From the sequence record OZ035768.1: a DNA stretch of 55,927 nucleotides. One strand, written 5' to 3'. This DNA comes from Sashavirus 536P12. The notes beneath the pieces are model-generated. The model searched no databases, was not told the DNA's origin, and was given only the letters and a program-made list of their open reading frames with translations. The position numbers and the translations under genes were made by a program. Below are positions 53,784 through 55,927 of this stretch, in pieces (within the stretch, counting starts at the first letter, position 1; each line of letters opens with the position of its first letter).

Positions 53784-54005
53784 ATGATTGCAGATCACTT
53801 ACTGTGTAAACTACGTGCGGACCTGATTAATAAAAAGTTTTGTCGTGATATAAACAAACCACTTGTATTTGTAAAAATGCTCAACGTCTATAGAGCAGGT
53901 CGTGGTTTTAAGGTCATGTTCAGATACGGTGATGACGGTCATGTCGTATATTGTGGTTACACCAATTTTTTGAAACGTTACCCGGAGGAACTAACACATG
54001 AATAA
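53784..54005 (+). CDS. hypothetical early protein
   Basis: ORF 53763; likely start ATG 53784 after GGTGGTGG. Confidence 0.35.
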   Translation: MIADHLLCKLRADLINKKFCRDINKPLVFVKMLNVYRAGRGFKVMFRYGDDGHVVYCGYTNFLKRYPEELTHE

Positions 54006-54207
54006 AGCATCGCCTGTAGAAATACGTAAGTGTCTTGAAATGGCAAACAGTCTTGCACATGCCGGGATTAGATTTGTCCCTGTACCAGTAACCAGTGATG
54101 ATGAATTTAATTCGCTGGTTTCTCATTCGTACGGGATGCTAAACAAAATAGCAGACGATTGTGATACAACTAACCGCCAGTTCGAAAGCCTGGCTAATCA
54201 TAAATAA
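53998..54207 (+). CDS. hypothetical early protein
   Basis: 69-aa ORF; GGAA SD. Confidence 0.4.
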   Translation: MNKASPVEIRKCLEMANSLAHAGIRFVPVPVTSDDEFNSLVSHSYGMLNKIADDCDTTNRQFESLANHK

Positions 54208-54270
54208 CTACCCGTTCATACTAATCATCAGTGCGCTCTATGTGGCGCACGTTTTCTGGGAGATGTACCG

Positions 54271-54558
54271 ATGACCATAAGACGTGTTGTGTGTGCGGCA
54301 AATAAATATGAACTTAACGATGGTTCAACTAAAATTTTCACGGGTATCCGACACTATTGTCCCGTTATGCGTCAGAATATGGAGTTCTGGAAATTATCCA
54401 TCAAACGTTCTACAGAAATACAAGGCTTTGTAGATCAGTATGGTGTTTTTATGGACCGTTTTGAAGCACTTCAGGTTGCAAAAGATTCCGGGCAACTGAA
54501 TATCGCCAGACCAAAAACATCACCTGAAGATCGGTTATTTAGCAAGGACTTATACTAA
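54271..54558 (+). CDS. hypothetical protein
   Basis: 95-aa ORF followed by a terminator. Confidence 0.45.
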   Translation: MTIRRVVCAANKYELNDGSTKIFTGIRHYCPVMRQNMEFWKLSIKRSTEIQGFVDQYGVFMDRFEALQVAKDSGQLNIARPKTSPEDRLFSKDLY

Positions 54559-54584
54559 CAAAAAAGCGGGGCTAACTACCCCGC
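54559..54584. terminator. bidirectional terminator hairpin
   Basis: AAAAAA + GCGGGGCTAACTACCCCGC between convergent genes. Confidence 0.6.
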
Positions 54585-54589
54585 TATCT

Positions 54590-55345
54590 TTATTGACCCA
54601 TCATATCTTTATACATCATCAAAACAACATCATCCGGCATATTGTCTACATCACAATGTGGGTTGTGTGATAACGCATACAGTCTGATTTTCTCCTTCAA
54701 ATCGCTGACATCGACTACAGGTGGTTCCACTCGTGTTACAGGTGGTTCCACTCGTGTTACAGGTGGTTCCACTCGTGTTACAGGTGGTTCACAAACCATC
54801 ACGTTAAACGGTGTACCGGTGCCTTCGTATTTTTCAAGCAAATCGACCATTACGTTTACACATTCCGGGATCCAGCCCCGGCGCAAACCATTCTGAATCC
54901 AACTGTCAGTAATTGTGTGTTCGTTTAAATTTCTGCGTAGCACATATCTTGCACATTCAAAATTACCGCACATCGCCTCAAACCGTGTCCACACGTCGTG
55001 ACCGTGAACAGCTTCCAGGATCTGTGAATCAACGTATCTGACACGTTGCCAGTATTTATTAGCAAAACGCCTGTGTGGTAATTTCTGACGCAGTTCGGTA
55101 ACCGGTATTGTGTGTTTAAGAACAATATTTTCGTCAGAATGTTGTACTGGCAAGGGTGACAGTGTGAAGTCAGTAATCTCTTCAAGAATAATACTGATCG
55201 TTTCATATTTAGGATGAAACCTACCGCTTAACCATTGGTTGTAACGACCAACAGTTACCTTAACACCCCGACGATTAAGGTATTCAACAGCGTTTTGTAC
55301 CCCGCCTTTTAAATCTATCAATTCGTCTAAAAGGTTCTTTTTCAT
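54590..55345 (-). CDS. HTH-like protein with C-terminal VEPPVTR tandem repeats (candidate regulator of adjacent operator-like repeats)
   Basis: ORF 54590..55381; likely start ATG 55345 with AAGGGTG SD; N-terminal LIDLKGGVQNAVEYLNRRGVKVTVGRYNQW resembles an HTH. Confidence 0.45.
   Translation of the reverse strand: MKKNLLDELIDLKGGVQNAVEYLNRRGVKVTVGRYNQWLSGRFHPKYETISIILEEITDFTLSPLPVQHSDENIVLKHTIPVTELRQKLPHRRFANKYWQRVRYVDSQILEAVHGHDVWTRFEAMCGNFECARYVLRRNLNEHTITDSWIQNGLRRGWIPECVNVMVDLLEKYEGTGTPFNVMVCEPPVTRVEPPVTRVEPPVTRVEPPVVDVSDLKEKIRLYALSHNPHCDVDNMPDDVVLMMYKDMMGQ
54718..54790. repeat. 21-bp tandem repeat x3.5 (caggtggttccactcgtgtta)
   Basis: perfect direct repeats inside the CDS, in frame. 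Confidence 0.9.
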
Positions 55346-55380
55346 TATCACACCCTTCTTGTTTGACCACGGGTAAATCA

Positions 55381-55927
55381 TAACGCGCGTTAGCAGCTAG
55401 TGCAAGACGTGCTTTATATGTTAGTGTGTTTACACCTAATGCATGTTGTGCATTAGCAGTTAGTGCAAGATGCACGTTGTGTATTAGCTGTTAGTGCACG
55501 TTGTGTATCTATGTTGGTACAGCTAATGCACGTTGTGAATTATATAATGCATGTTGTGCATTAAAGTTATACTTAACATAGATTTCGTCATGTTTACTTT
55601 TTAACCAACCCCTCTCTATCTTATTCTTTTTATTATCTTTTTATAGATAACATAGAAAACATAGATATAAAGAAGAAGTAGTATAGAAAGATAGAGATAG
55701 TGCATATAGTGTATTAGCTGTAAATAGAGCTAAAATAAAAGTCTGGGAGATACCTATTGTAATCTATGTTTTTATGCAAGTCTTTGAATTGATTGTGATT
55801 ATGGGCTACGTATTTATGTATGTAATCGAAAATTAGTGCATGTTGTGCACTAACTGTAAAATTAATACTAACGTTGTATTAGCTGTAAAACAGGGCGTGT
55901 GGACAACCCGTGGGTATCTGTGGGAAA
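55381..55927. repeat. iteron / operator-rich AT-rich region B (candidate origin, pac-proximal or regulatory region)
   Basis: multiple copies of TGCACGTTGTG / TATTAGCTG motifs; palindrome TTAGTGCA-N5-TGCACTAA (~55840-55860); 69-bp block 55578-55646 ~97% identical to 16382-16450; AT-rich core. Confidence 0.7.

Noticed and set aside
55381-55927. Possible CRISPR array suggested by many short repeated motifs
   Set aside because: Repeats are heterogeneous in sequence, length and spacing, include inverted copies, and have no regular repeat-spacer periodicity or cas genes; iterons or operators fit better.
1-55927. Integrase / repressor lysogeny module expected if this were a prophage
   Set aside because: No tyrosine or serine recombinase-like ORF, attachment-site direct repeats or flanking host genes were recognised; the window looks like a virulent or free phage genome, apart from the ssb remnant.

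Overview
The window reads as a near-complete, probably virulent, tailed-phage genome (siphovirus-like, ~56 kb) from an enterobacterial host; no integrase or obvious lysogeny module was seen. All calls come from reading the sequence and ORF translations by eye; no search or folding was run, and hand-derived coordinates for small ORFs, promoters and terminators may be off by 1-2 nt. Layout: terminase small subunit (30-665) and large subunit (2922-4685); a strongly expressed operon of unusual Gly-rich and His-rich proteins (4849-6884); portal (9306-10661); MuF-like minor head protein (13831-14790); prohead protease-like, scaffold, decoration and major capsid genes (16999-20110); connector, neck and major tail genes (21008-24141); G/GT tail chaperones with a -1 frameshift site; tape measure (26515-29103); distal tail and tail-tip proteins (29100-32998); a tailspike on the opposite strand with a C-terminal intramolecular-chaperone domain (33538-36081); a lysis cassette with overlapping Rz/Rz1-type spanins (36108-37528); a minus-strand replication and nucleotide-metabolism module (37508-44166: Dam methyltransferase, DUF4406-like protein, compact PolB-like DNA polymerase, gp2.5-like SSB candidate, Cas4-like nuclease); helicase, DEDDh exonuclease, VRR-NUC nuclease and primase-helicase (44337-49663); and an early-type region of small genes (49754-54558) including a SLOG/DUF2493-like protein and a Mesh1/SpoT-like HD hydrolase. 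The forward-strand structural genes are interrupted by reverse-strand cassettes, each headed by a conserved ~30-bp promoter element (TTTAAAATAATTCTTGAC[A/G]GATTACA) present 13 times, plus two degenerate copies. The most unusual features are two iteron-rich, AT-rich, inverted-repeat-bounded regions (16278-16560 and 55381-55927) sharing a ~69-bp block, each next to a gene with 21-bp in-frame tandem repeats; a protein whose C-terminal half is a ~90-residue Ala-Ala-(Arg/Tyr/Asp) tripeptide array; a truncated, frameshifted E. coli-like ssb remnant that keeps the C-terminal DIPF tail; and a homopolymer frameshift splitting a small gene.
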